Shown here one piece after another: positions 13,601 through 25,300 of a stretch of DNA of 64,000 nt. Source of the DNA: Acanthaster planci (Eukaryota); NCBI RefSeq assembly GCF_001949145.1, contig NW_019091356.1:861660-925659 (forward strand). The letters run 5' to 3'. Below the pieces are notes generated by a model. That model worked only from the letters and a program-made list of their open reading frames with translations. It did no database searches and was not told the origin of the DNA. A program made the translations under genes and the position numbers. How positions within the stretch are numbered: position 1 is the stretch's first letter; every line of letters begins with the position of its first letter.

Positions 13601-16600
13601 CTGTCCTTCAAAACATCTTCCTGGAATTAATTTTCACAGTGAAATCATTTGTCACAAAATATCGCTCTCCTCATGAACCGATAAAAGCCTCTACAATTTG
13701 TTGAGTGTCTACTGGATTATCTGGGAACAAGTGTCACTTAAAACTTCAGCCTTATATACCCACTGGGGGTCACCTGATTGAGAATCTGTGGAAGGCAATG
13801 TCTGGATCATGGGAACAGGGAGACGGGGCACAAGTTCATGCAATAAACTCTTCCCTTGAGGGCCCTTATAATCTTTCCAGACAAGCATGGCTGAACAACA
13901 GTTGGGTGCCCCTGTTCAAGGTTCATCTTATGAAAAGGGGTAATCATGAGTACATATCAGTTGGTCTTTCAATGCTAATGTTTTTGTGTATGTGTGTGTA
14001 GATCCTACCGGTACATGTATGTGCAGGTTTGTCACATAAAAAAAACTGAATACATGTACCTTTCTCCTTCCAGATGTGACCAGAATGGTAATTCTTCTCC
14101 AGCTACGTGTAAATTCGCTAATCAAATACAAATTTCTATTGATAATTGTTTTGTTGCAGCAAAAAAACTCAGGATGGAGTGGGGAGTGAGAGTCTGGTCT
14201 ATGTATTTTCATCAAAAGAATTTTTTGTCAAAACATTTACTCTTATTTTATTTACAACATGGGTTGCGCGGGCAGTGTGCCAACAAAGTCGCAGCTGTGT
14301 TTGCAATAATCAACTGCCAACAAAGTCAAAGTTCCTATTCTTGTCTTTACACAAAAACACGTGTAAGCAGTAAGCACATGTATTTAATGTACCTGTTCAG
14401 ACTAGGCATTAATTATAATAAAACTACAATACCTGTATATGTATGTAATAAACAAATAGTTTTTGTTTGCTGGGACATGCAAACTGCCAGAGAATTGTTT
14501 TCAAATAAATTCACAAACAGCAAATCTTTAATTTTAAAATTAAAATGAGATTCTATTTATGGCTTTGGTAAGTCCAAAATTTGTCCTGAAATTGTCTAGC
14601 TTTTGTCCTTCGTCGCAAAGCGTTGAACAAAGCCTATATGTCTAGATTATTTTTGACCATAAATAAACCCAGGAGAAAAATAGACAAACACTTCACGGGG
14701 TGCCACACCACCAGACTTGATATGAAACATGAAGCTATGTAAAGAGTCCAAAATACAAAGGTTATGACAGTGCTTCTCCTTGGTTACAGCCTGGGGTCAT
14801 GCCAATTTTAATTTTGTATTTTTTTTAGCAAGACTCTCTGCCTGGTCTGATGGAAAAGTACCTCGGAAACTTCCAAATTCTTTCCACCCGCATGTTCCCA
14901 GGGTCTCCTTGGTGACCTTTGGCCCAAGTATATTTGGCCCTTAGGCAAGCAGTATCCTGACTATGGTGTAACCAATCAGACTCCTTGTCAGGAACAATTA
15001 GCATAAGTAGCACCGCTGCTTTTCTAAGCGGCTCTTTCATGACAGCGTCAAGGATGGATAGATTGGAAAACTGGAAAACAATTCCTAACTAAAATGTCAG
15101 TTTAGTCCATTAAAAAAGGGATTACATTGTTTGCGGATACATTCTTATGTAAAGGGAAACTGTATGTTAGTGTAAAATAAAAGTCATCGGCACAACTGCA
15201 ATTGTAAAAATGCCTGCATTACATTTTTATTATCATGAAACTGATTTCATTGGGAATTCTGAAGTCCAATGTCTGATAAAGTTCCAACTATGACAACAGA
15301 ATGTAGATAAGCTGTTATTTGTTTTGCTTTTTTTAATACTGAATTTTTTTCAAAGAGGACAGATGTCCACCTGAGGGCTAGCCAAATGAATCATGTAGGG
15401 CCTTCATAAAGAATCATTCCAGGAGAAAAGAGCTCTTATTGCAGGCACCAAATAACATGAAACTCAAACAAAAAGATTTTTGCATTACTTAAACTAAAAG
15501 TTGAGTACAAATAAGAACGCATTATAGGGAATCTTACTGAACATCATTCAACTGAGTTGGTCAAAGGTTACTTCAATGTAAATTATATCAGTAAATTTGT
15601 ACAAATATGAAAATGTGACAATTTCAATTCAAACTCACCTGTTCCCTGGCAGGCCCTCTGAGTATTTATTATGAAGACAAGAACTGAGCACATTGAGACA
15701 GGCTTGGGTGCAGAAATTCTGTACAAAAAAGATAAGCAAGTATTTCACCATATTTGATACTTCAACTTTGACCTCTCGGGGGGGGGGAGCAGCAGGGATA
15801 CTGATGTACATGCAGTAACAAAAATACATAGTTGATGTGTTCAACAGATTTTTTTTGGAATATAAAACTGCAGGTTAAATGCTAATTTGAATTTGATCAT
15901 AGAGCACCCAGCATCTGTACAACTACACTCAACAGCGGCGTAAAAGCATCCAGCCTGTGACTTCCTGAGCTGGTTAACAGGAAACTATGGAAAGATGCAT
16001 ATCTCATGTGTATTTTTATAGCACTCTTTTGCCCGGAACAACAATAAAGACTGCTGGTTATAAGACTCTGGTAAATGTTGAATAAATGTTTCACTGAAAA
16101 AATCCTTGACTACATGGTTTAAATCTGAACGTACACAACATGACAAGTGTTCATAAACAAGAAAAATTTGGGGGCTTAAGGTAATTTAAGAAAATTTGCC
16201 ACCCTAATTACAAAAACAAAGTAAGCCTATCCCTGAACTTGTAAACCTGCCTTTATTTGCTCACAAAAATGTCCGCTGACCTACCTCCGAGGCAATGAGT
16301 TCAAGACCTCGAACTTGTCGTCGTTTCTCCTCCCTGATCAGAGAGAGAATTTCAGGGTCCACCTCGGTGAGATTTTCCTGGCCTGTCCATTCAGGAACTC
16401 GCTCACTCTCTAGAGTTGCCTGTTGGCCATATGCTGCTCTGCATACCTGGGAGTAACATGCAGAACTCTTATTTGAAAGATGTGATCCCTACAGCTTTGA
16501 CATGATATAGAAATTGTTCAACAGAAGCATCGCAGTGCATATTTGGTTGTCTACATGATCATTTTTATTTTGAGAAAACAACAAGATCTAAATATGAAAA

Positions 16601-17643
16601 TTCAATTGTCAGCATTCAAATTTTTGGAACAATCCTGCAGTTTGATGAGTTGTGCATATCTGAGCTACTGGATTTAAAACCACTGTACAAGTGACCTCAT
16701 GTCAAAATGCCACTAAACACTTTGAACAACAGAAACAGATGTTCATCGTGCATTTTTTAAACCGGCAGACCCGATCTTGAACATTTACAACTTCAAAATA
16801 CACAATTAGGCAAATGGCTGGGATGTAAGAAAAAAGGAAACATGACTTTGTAAAGTGTTTTGTAGTATTTGCAACAGCACCCAGGAATAATGAAAGGTAA
16901 TCGCCTGATCAAATGAAAAACAATAGGAGTATATGACTTGAGAATGTAAGCAGTTAGGCCAGTTAAAAAAGCAGTTTTTTAAAATTATTAAAGGGGGAGG
17001 AAGAATTCCCTTTTGATGGCAGATTGTTCCAACTTCAAAATAATGGATGCATTTTCTCAACCCCTCAATACCTTTGTCTCCGTGAATTATGAATATGCTT
17101 ATTAAACAGGTTCTGAACTTGCATACATAGATTATCATAGCTACATTCAGAATATTGCAAATGAAAAATACAAAGGATAAACTGAAGAAAAAAACCCCCA
17201 AAAGTAGGAAGGAGGGAACATTTGATGGAAACCCGAGAAGCGAAACAAATTTATTTCTCTACGTGACCACGATGTTGAGAGCAAAATGTGCCCAAGGAAA
17301 AATAACACAGACGCATCTCAGCCTGGGAGATATACATGAAAAGAAAAACTAATCTCTAGCACCTGGGCCCATGTAGCACATGAAAGAATTAAAGTCCGTT
17401 TGTTTTTAATGTGAAAACCAATTTTCAAAGTTTCAGAAATGTGACAACCAAATTTGTCATGAAAAATGTCGAACATACGAGTAGAAACCTCCATCTACAA
17501 ACACCAAGGCAAGTCACAGCTACAGCCTATCATGTGTAGCATACGGTAATTCGACGGACTGCAGTCATTCGATGAAAAAGACAACTTACATTCCGTGCGG
17601 TAGGCACCACTGAAAGTAGCCGACTCAGCGAACGTGAGGCCAT
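7636..17643 (-). CDS. SHMT2: Serine hydroxymethyltransferase, mitochondrial-type (PLP fold type I)
   Basis: 12 GT-AG exons: 17643-17590, 16446-16285, 15718-15639, 12130-11930, 11710-11629, 10910-10788, 10306-10167, 9742-9577, 9014-8915, 8590-8435, 8031-7924, 7766-7636 (1503 nt, 500 aa). Motifs [63 protein letters not shown] (PLP lysine), [26 protein letters not shown] and an Arg/Ser/Leu-rich, acid-free N-terminus ([18 protein letters not shown]) point to the SHMT2 type. Confidence 0.95.
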
Positions 17644-17652
17644 GATCCCTGC

Positions 17653-17670
17653 TCAGAAAAGCAATGTCAT
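17653..17670 (-). promoter_or_regulatory. Short upstream ORF (MTLLF*) 9 nt before the SHMT start codon
   Basis: ATG ACA TTG CTT TTC TGA GCA GGG ATC ATG GCC on the minus strand; relevant only if transcription starts upstream of 17670. Confidence 0.35.
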
Positions 17671-19186
17671 CAACGGAGCAAAATTCCACCTCGAGAAGCC
17701 TGCCACTGCACTGCTGCTCAAGACGAAAGCGTGGACCGACAGCTTGCACGATCGGTCGGTGGTTTGTGCCGCTTTGCACGTTACGAGACAAACCACAAAA
17801 ATTACACCGCCGTTTAGCTTATCCCGTACTAAATTCAACCATCAAATAACGACAGACCCAGAAATTGTCACAATCAGTGTCCACTCATAAGTTCACTGAA
17901 AAAACTAATAGCTCCCGATTCTCTGACCGGATAACTGTCAATGTCGGTACTATCCAGCAATTACAAGGCGGTCGCTCTTGCCGTACCGATTATTGTGCAA
18001 AATTGTAAATATGTTCGCGACGCATGCGATGTGGTTTTCGTTACGTGAGCGCGCTCCTTGAATAGTCAGGTTTCCAATAAATCGAAAACACACGTATCCA
18101 ATGACGAGACGTTTGGGTAACCGATAAAAACAGCAGACGACACTTTCATGAGGATGACGACAATCATTGACACGTGTGACGAACCATATCGATCGATTGT
18201 TGGACGGGTCACCTTGACAGCTTTTGACCAACCAACAAAAAAAAAAAAACAAAACCGCAAAGGATGACAAGGCATCACTGATGAAAACAAACCGGATAGT
18301 TCCGGTTCCGACAAACTCAGGTTCGTGGTATACCGGTACTCCACCTTTGGGCGTGGCACGTTACGAAAGATGTAAGGCCTGGGGTGGAGGCATTACATGC
18401 ATTATTCCTCCTTCTAGGCGCTGTTGCCATGACGCTGATTTTGTTGGAAGACCGCAGAAAAAGTCGACACGTAATTTCGAGGTTCAGGTTAAGTTACAGA
18501 AGAGATCACTCCCGTATTTTTTTATCCATCCCGAGCAATCGTTGACAGATTATTTTGCCGGATAAAAAAAAAGTGGAACCACCCGTCGCGTTTTCAAAAT
18601 ATTTTGTGACAAGCTCCACAGATATCTTAAGTAAAAGCATGACTTACACATCATCAAACAAAAAAAATAGGACAAAAACAATTCGTATCCGAGGGTCATA
18701 TATATAAACTACAAGCTGCTTAAAATTTGATTCGACGGATGCAAATTAGTAATGTTCATGCTAATGTCGTCGTTGTCGTTGTCCATTGACGCAGCACTAT
18801 GTTTCAGCGCGAGCCCGGTTGAGAACCCCCATCAGCCTGTTTGTCCTTTGCTGCTGAGGATGGACTTCAAACTCGTGGCGGATATCCGATACCCAAAAGT
18901 TGGTTGTTAGGTAAACAAACATTCAATTGAATATTAATATGTTATCTTGTTATATCACCATGGCATTACGGCGAGGGGGGGTGAACTCTAAAAGCTCGGA
19001 GACGTTATGTTGGTTGTCCCTGTACCGTGTTGTTTCCTTCTTTAAATTAAGTCCGTATGTTCATGAAATAAGAGTTACGGGGTCATTTCCCCAGAAATGT
19101 ATACAAACACTGGCATATAAGTCATTGGTTTTGTATGTAGTGACGACACATCCGTGATTACATCATCAACCGCCGGTTTCAGCACG

Positions 19187-19577
19187 GTAGCGTAAAAAAC
19201 GTTCGATAGTAGAGGATTAATGAATATGCATGTGACGTCACCAGAAGTCATGATTAATACATACCACGGAAAAATATGTATGCATAATGCCTAGCAAGCA
19301 ACGTGTTCGTTGTTCACGGCCACCGTTTTAGCGACAATCATTGCTTTTCACAAGTCTTTTTATACTCTTGCGCCACCACCGCCTACTGTCGCTCCAAAAT
19401 AGTCATTAGGTCTACATTTGACAAGTTCTCTTCCTACTGTCGCCCCACTACCTTCTACTGTCGCCCCCCTTAGCCTTACCCGTAGGTGCTGTACAGTATG
19501 TGACAAGAATATAGCCGTATGACGTCAGGGTTGTGCATATTCATTACACTCTCTACTGTTGAACCTTTTTACGCTAC
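19187..19577. mobile_element. MITE-like element with ~55-bp imperfect terminal inverted repeats
   Basis: 19187-19240 (gtagcgtaaaaaacgttcgatagtagag...tgaatatgca..tgacgtca) is the imperfect reverse complement of 19520-19577; internal direct repeats ctactgtcgc(c/t)cc x3 (~19383-19467). Confidence 0.7.
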
Positions 19578-21247
19578 TTCGCCCGCGAATTTTGGATAGT
19601 TTACCACTGCTCAACGCCTGATGGCGCTATTCCACGATATTGTTGCGATTGTGGGATGAAGCGTTGGACTCACAGGCACAGTCTTCCACTTTTATTTTCT
19701 ACACAAACCCTTCCAAACTGCCCTGCTTGGTTGGTGCAGGAAAAATAAACAGACTCATTATTTTTCAAATAAAATGCGCCAAAAATAAGGCCTTTCAGTG
19801 GCCACTCAAGGTGAGGGCTACAGGAGAAAGAAAGAGAAGGTGAAAGAGAAAAATAAGGCGCGTCATGTTCATCTTGAAATAATTGTTCACCATGTTCACA
19901 CATGTGAACTGGAAACAGGATGAAGACAGAGAAGTAATTCCTAAGCAAAAGAGTAAGTAAACAAGAGCTGGTAGATTACAAGTTGAAATCGGCTTTGGGA
20001 ATTGGTACTGCATGTAGACATAAGGTGACTGGAGTGAGGAGCGAAATACATTTGAGACAGCGTGTATACCATGTTGCTATCGTGCGCTGTCAGCTCTCTG
20101 CGTGCTCTGTTGCTTGGGGTGGGGATGAACAAGCGGGGAGGGGGGCATAGGGGCCTCCCCCCCACCATTTGAAATCTGTGCATAATCTCCTTTGGATGTA
20201 TATAGCTATGCCGTTGCAGCTTATTTTCTTGTAGTGCCCATTGTTGTGTGTACACCCGGGTGCCCCGGACATTTTGCTGCTACCGTTTGTGTTTTCCGTA
20301 CAAAATGTAACAGTTACATTTCAAGCTTTATAGCAGAGGGTGTTTAATGAAATGAAATCAAGGTCTAATTGAATCATTATGTGATGCAAAATCTAGACGA
20401 CAGCGGCCACACCCCTGCCCTGTATTATTGTGCTTAATGAGACTGCCTCCCAGCGTTAGCAATATCATGGTAAGATGCCATTCGAGTCTAGTCGAGGCAC
20501 GTAATTTTTATACGTATACTGACTGCTGTTTTCCTTGTTCTGAGTCATTAACTGAACACTTGGAAAGAATTAAACTGTGATCACTTCTCGAGCAAAAATG
20601 AATAATTTATAGAAGCTAACTTGTAAAACTCATGAAATTGAAGGCGAATGGTTCTTGAAACAACTGCTTTTAAGATAAATGGATACAGGTATTTCGATTA
20701 CACTGCGATAATGGACAATAAAATTGACATCTGCTTTGTTTTTGTTGTTGTTATTGGGTTTTTTTTGGGGGGGCTCTGCGTTTTGGGAGGTGGTCACACA
20801 GCTGTAAATCAGTTCTATTCGTCCTCACGATCGGGAATACACGTAGATGTACAATGTAAGCCCAACTTCCATGCCTCGGGATAATGTTGGGCACGATCGG
20901 TCAATTACTCGCCCCGCGCGATTGGTAAATCAGGGAGCAATTACGCGAAATGGGTAAATCCTATATGAAACGTTCAACAATTTTTTGAAACAATGTCCCA
21001 CAACCACAAATTTGACAGAATATGCGACTGGCTGATACCAGAATAATCGAAATCTCGAACAATTGCAAAGATCGGCCGATTCCGCTCAACAAAATATTCC
21101 GTGAAATGCAGCCTAGCTTGTCGATTACCATTCACTTTTATCCAGCAGCGAAATATTTTGGGTCCATATTTTAATCCTCGGCTCAAAAGCCATATTTACT
21201 GGCAAACTAGATCCTTGCTTCAATTCTTAAACCGACATCTTCCTCAC

Positions 21248-21273
21248 CATGCGATTTGTTATGCTGGATCCAC
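21248..21273 (-). CDS. Candidate alternative 26-nt SHMT exon ending in ATG (targeting-peptide-less isoform)
   Basis: tttacttcag|GTGGATCCAGCATAACAAATCGCATG|gtgagg; the terminal ATG is phase 0 and in frame with SHMT exon 2 (M-VCRAAYG...). Prediction from splice signals only. Confidence 0.3.
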
Positions 21274-21575
21274 CTGAAGTAAACTTCAGTATCTTAAGTG
21301 CACATCACGACGACGTGGCTGGGTCGAATTACGACATAACCTACATTAAGCAAATTAAACTGTGTGACATTCGTACAACCCATTTTCAATTACCATTTTA
21401 GTTATATAACATTTATGCCACACATTACCAGCTGGTTATGACCCATAAAGTCACACGTACCAAGCCTCGTCCAACTCGTTCATGGCCATACGCGCTATAT
21501 ACTTTATTATATTGAAACTGCAGTTTCAAGGACGGAACCACTGAGCTACGGACACTTACTTATTAAGCGACTTAC

Positions 21576-21646
21576 CTGACACGATCGAGTTGTGGGTGGT
21601 TGGTAAGATTTTGCTGGACTCCGTCCATCATGATTTCATTCCTGGT
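21576..21646 (-). other. Candidate 5' UTR or non-coding exon transcribed away from PSAT1
   Basis: Acceptor gatttatttag, 71-nt exon, perfect consensus donor CAG|GTAAGT at 21578-21570. Confidence 0.4.
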
Positions 21647-22084
21647 CTAAATAAATCACAGTTGAACCATGTACTGTGGCCAAAATTAGTAGAAAGGGCA
21701 AAAGAAGGCGTACATAGGCCTAACAAAACACCTGTCCTCCTCAGTCGCACCCATTCCCCGGCGGCCAGCCACACCTGAGCTCGATCCCCTCGAAGAAACT
21801 AAACATTCTAAACAACGATCATTTGTTGGCATTTGTTGTGTTTTCTATGAAAAGAGGATTAAAAATAATTTGACCTATTGGAATTTTTGCTTCAGTGGAC
21901 ATTAGCAGCTGTGATACATATATTTGGTAAAATGTTGATCATGTTCTTTGTATGTACATCACACAAAGTTGCCCCCCAAAAAGTCTGTTTGAGCGCGCGG
22001 TGGACGGCTTGAATAGTTAGTGGTTGTATAACAAGAAAACAGCCGTTGTACACATGCATGAATAACCGGCGTGTTCCCTGCGCA

Positions 22085-22210
22085 CTGACCAATAGGAGCG
22101 TTCCTGAATAAGTTATTCATTGTTTGGACCAATCAACATCGCAGTACTTTCATTCATTCATAAGTTCCGACATTTCCATCATGCAGTGCAGTAGATGTGG
22201 CGCCACATCC
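22085..22210 (+). promoter_or_regulatory. Putative PSAT1 proximal promoter
   Basis: Two CCAAT boxes (gaccaatag ~22087, gaccaatca ~22127) and a perfect 16-bp palindrome GATGTGGCGCCACATC (22194-22209) in CpG-rich sequence about 160-290 bp upstream of the ATG. Confidence 0.45.
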
Positions 22211-22371
22211 AGCATGGAATCAAAACCCAGCTGTGAGCTCGTTGCGGTCTCTGTTGCTCGTTTGACGATTAAGGAGTCCGAACGTACTCTGGGAGCCTGT
22301 CAGTGTTATTGCTAACCGAGTTGTACATTTTTGTTTCCCAAGAAAATCATTGTATTTTCATTCTTATCGAT

Positions 22372-25300
22372 ATGAATGGACACAGGGTTATCAATTTTGC
22401 TGCCGGACCAGCTAAGCTTCCAGAACCGGTAAGTGTTTATACTTGGAATGGCTTGCTCGTTCGAAGCGCGCGCCGCACTCAGTCAGGCGGGCCTGGCTGC
22501 ATCAGCTGTCGGCGCGGCCGGGATGTGTGTTGCTCTAGGCTAGTGTTGGCAACATCCTGATCATTCTTATTCCCAAGTACGAGGCTGTTTAGGCTAATCC
22601 ATTACGTCCCTACCCTTTTTGTCCCAAGCACTTGTCTTTGTTTTCTGATTTGAAAAGGAAAGAATTCAGTTTGATGCTACGTTGTACAGAATTTAGCTGT
22701 GTAATAACTCAAAATGATGACGACAAAAAACTTCTTAGCAATGCTGCAATGTGGAACTCAGCTTTTTAGCTAGTTTCAGCTTTTTTGTTTAAATGTTGAA
22801 CCTGAATTTCAGAAGTATGGAAATTTTTTACTTTTCAGCTTTTTGCTAGCTGTTTTCAGCTTTAATTTTAAGTGGCCACTCCTATCCCAGAGAGAAGAAA
22901 AGTTTAGTTTATTCATGTTCTGAAACTAAACTTGTTTTCTGTAGGTTTTAGAACATGCACAAAAGGAGATGCTAAACTACAATAACATGGGCCTGAGCAT
23001 GATGGGTAAGAATATTCATCTTGATGTTGAATGTTGAAGAATCTTAATCACAGACACGACAGTAATATGAAAACACAATTTATGATTTATTTCTAGTCTA
23101 CTGCCTAATTTGAATAGATTGCTGTGTAAACTGAAAAGATGAGTTTATTTCTAGTTGATAAAGACAAGATACAGTCTATCACATTTAAACTTTCCTTTCT
23201 GGTAGAGTATTCAAAACTTTGTCATCATTTTATCTTAGAACTGAGTCATCGTTCGGCTGAGTTTTCGAAAATTGTCCATGAAACACTTCAGGATCTCAGA
23301 GATTTGCTGTAAGTATTGCGTTCTGTCTTTTGAAGGATAGAAAGAAAATTTTAAATTTGTCATTTCTCACTCTACATTTTATTTAGGCCTAGTCAGCAAA
23401 TTGAAAATACATGAAAATGTTTAGTCTTACAAATGTTGTATCTGCAGAGATATACCAGACAACTACAAGATTCTACTTCTGCCCGGAGGGGGCACTGGAC
23501 AGTTCAGTGCTGTTCCCATGAACCTGCTCAGAGGAGGTTCAGCCGACTACATCATAACCGGAAGCTGGTCGGCAAAGGCTGCTAAAGAAGCCGAGAAATA
23601 TGGCAAAGTAAATGCCGTCTTCCCCAAGCTGGACAAATACACCGGTGAGTCTGGAATTGATGGCTGTCTAGAGCATAGATATTTGATTTGTACCACAAAT
23701 TCCAGATTTGATCCTTGAATTGGATATTTCAATAGCTTTTGAAGATATCTGGCTTATCACTAACTCAAATAACTAAACATGAATTGTTTTTTCTATAATT
23801 TTTTCCTGAGTTGGTTTTTTTTATTTTTACTCTGAAAAACATCTTTCATGTGGTGTTGATTTCAGTAATTCCAAGCCAAGACAAGTGGAACTTGAATCCT
23901 GAAGCATCCTATGTCTATTACTGTGACAATGAGACGGTACATGGTAAGCACAGAATGAAATTCCCTAAATGAAAATTTTTTTGGTAAAAATACTCTGTGT
24001 AGCTGTGCACATTTCCTGCTACAATTGCATAATTGTTTGCACAAATAAATAAAACTGTATTCGTTGCAGTTTCTACTGTTTCTATTGGTCGCTGATGTTT
24101 ATGTATTATTATCGGTCTTATACATTGTTCTTCTAATTAAACAAATGACTTAACAAATATATTTATTTTCCATTTCAGGAGTTGAGTTCCCATTTGTGCC
24201 TGAGACGAAGGGAGTGCCTTTAGTCTGTGATATGTCTTCAAATTTCCTTTCCAGACCTGTTGATGTATCAAAGGTGAATTTCCTTTATTTCTAGAGAACC
24301 ATATCATAGCCAACACTGGACTTTTTACAGTGTTATTTTCTGCATTGCTTAAATGTACATGGACTTATACTAAATGAATCCATGGTCTTTTCAAGTTAAC
24401 CAAGGCTAGATTAGGGACACATTTGTGTGTTTTTAATATTTTTTTCTAAATGCCACACGTTCCAAGAAAAGAAATCTGGTATGTTTCCATTTAGAAATAA
24501 AACTTTGTGAAGTGTTTTGCTCTTTTTTTAGGAGGAGGGTTGGAGATGAATACATGTAGTATGATTCCAAATTCTGTGTTTAACTTGTGACTAACTGGTT
24601 TCCGATGTGATTTTGTGTTCAGTTTGGTCTGATTTATGCCGGTGCCCAGAAGAACATAGGATGTGCAGGGGTAACGGTCGTTATCGTTCGGGAAGACTTG
24701 ATCGGCCATGCCATCAGGGAGTGTCCAGTTATTTTTGACTACAAAGTGCAGGTTGGGAACAATTCGCTGTACAATACACCACCAACATACAGGTAAGCCA
24801 CGTTGAAAAACTTTGTTGTCAAGCTTTGAAATTGTTCATGTCTGTGTATCAAGCGTCACGTACTTTATGAAGTCAAGGGTGCCGTTGACTGGTTGTGTTT
24901 GTGTGTGAGTGTTCCTTTCAGTAACACTAACAGCTAGTTAATGAGCCATTAAGTGTGAATTAGTGATGAGGCGGCAGATACCAGCACTGTTATGTTCCAA
25001 GAGAGGGCACGTTGAAGTTTACTGTTAATATTTCAGGATGAAAAATTGCTCTTTTTCATTGGCACGAAGTATGAACAGGATTTAGTTCTCATGTAATGTG
25101 CTTTATTTCCTCATGGAACTTGAGAAATTGGTGGAGTAGCTGACCTACATGTATTCCCTGTCTTAACTTGAGCTAACTTCATTCTTTTTTCCAGCATCTA
25201 CATCATGGGTCTCGTCTTCAAGTGGCTGAAGGACCAAGGTGGTGCAGCCAAGATGGCAGAGTTCAGCCGCATCAAGTCCCAGTTGATCTACGATGTCATC

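Noticed and set aside
13994..14548. 184-aa ORF antisense within the large SHMT intron
   Set aside because: AT-rich composition, no recognisable domain, non-ATG start; likely chance.
15639..15680. SHMT motif reads [11 protein letters not shown] rather than LNNKYSEGYPG
   Set aside because: The catalytic KYSE and RYY residues are intact, and Leu/Met at this position is recalled in other active SHMTs; no evidence of altered function.
18752..18910. 52-codon ORF MFMLMSSLSLSIDAALCFSA... in the SHMT-PSAT1 spacer
   Set aside because: Short, no recognisable homology or supporting exon structure; cannot be distinguished from chance.
21500..21550. tRNA A-box-like GTAGCTCAGTGG on the minus strand
   Set aside because: No B-box/T-arm (GTTCRA) or cloverleaf follows; not a tRNA and not supportable as a SINE.
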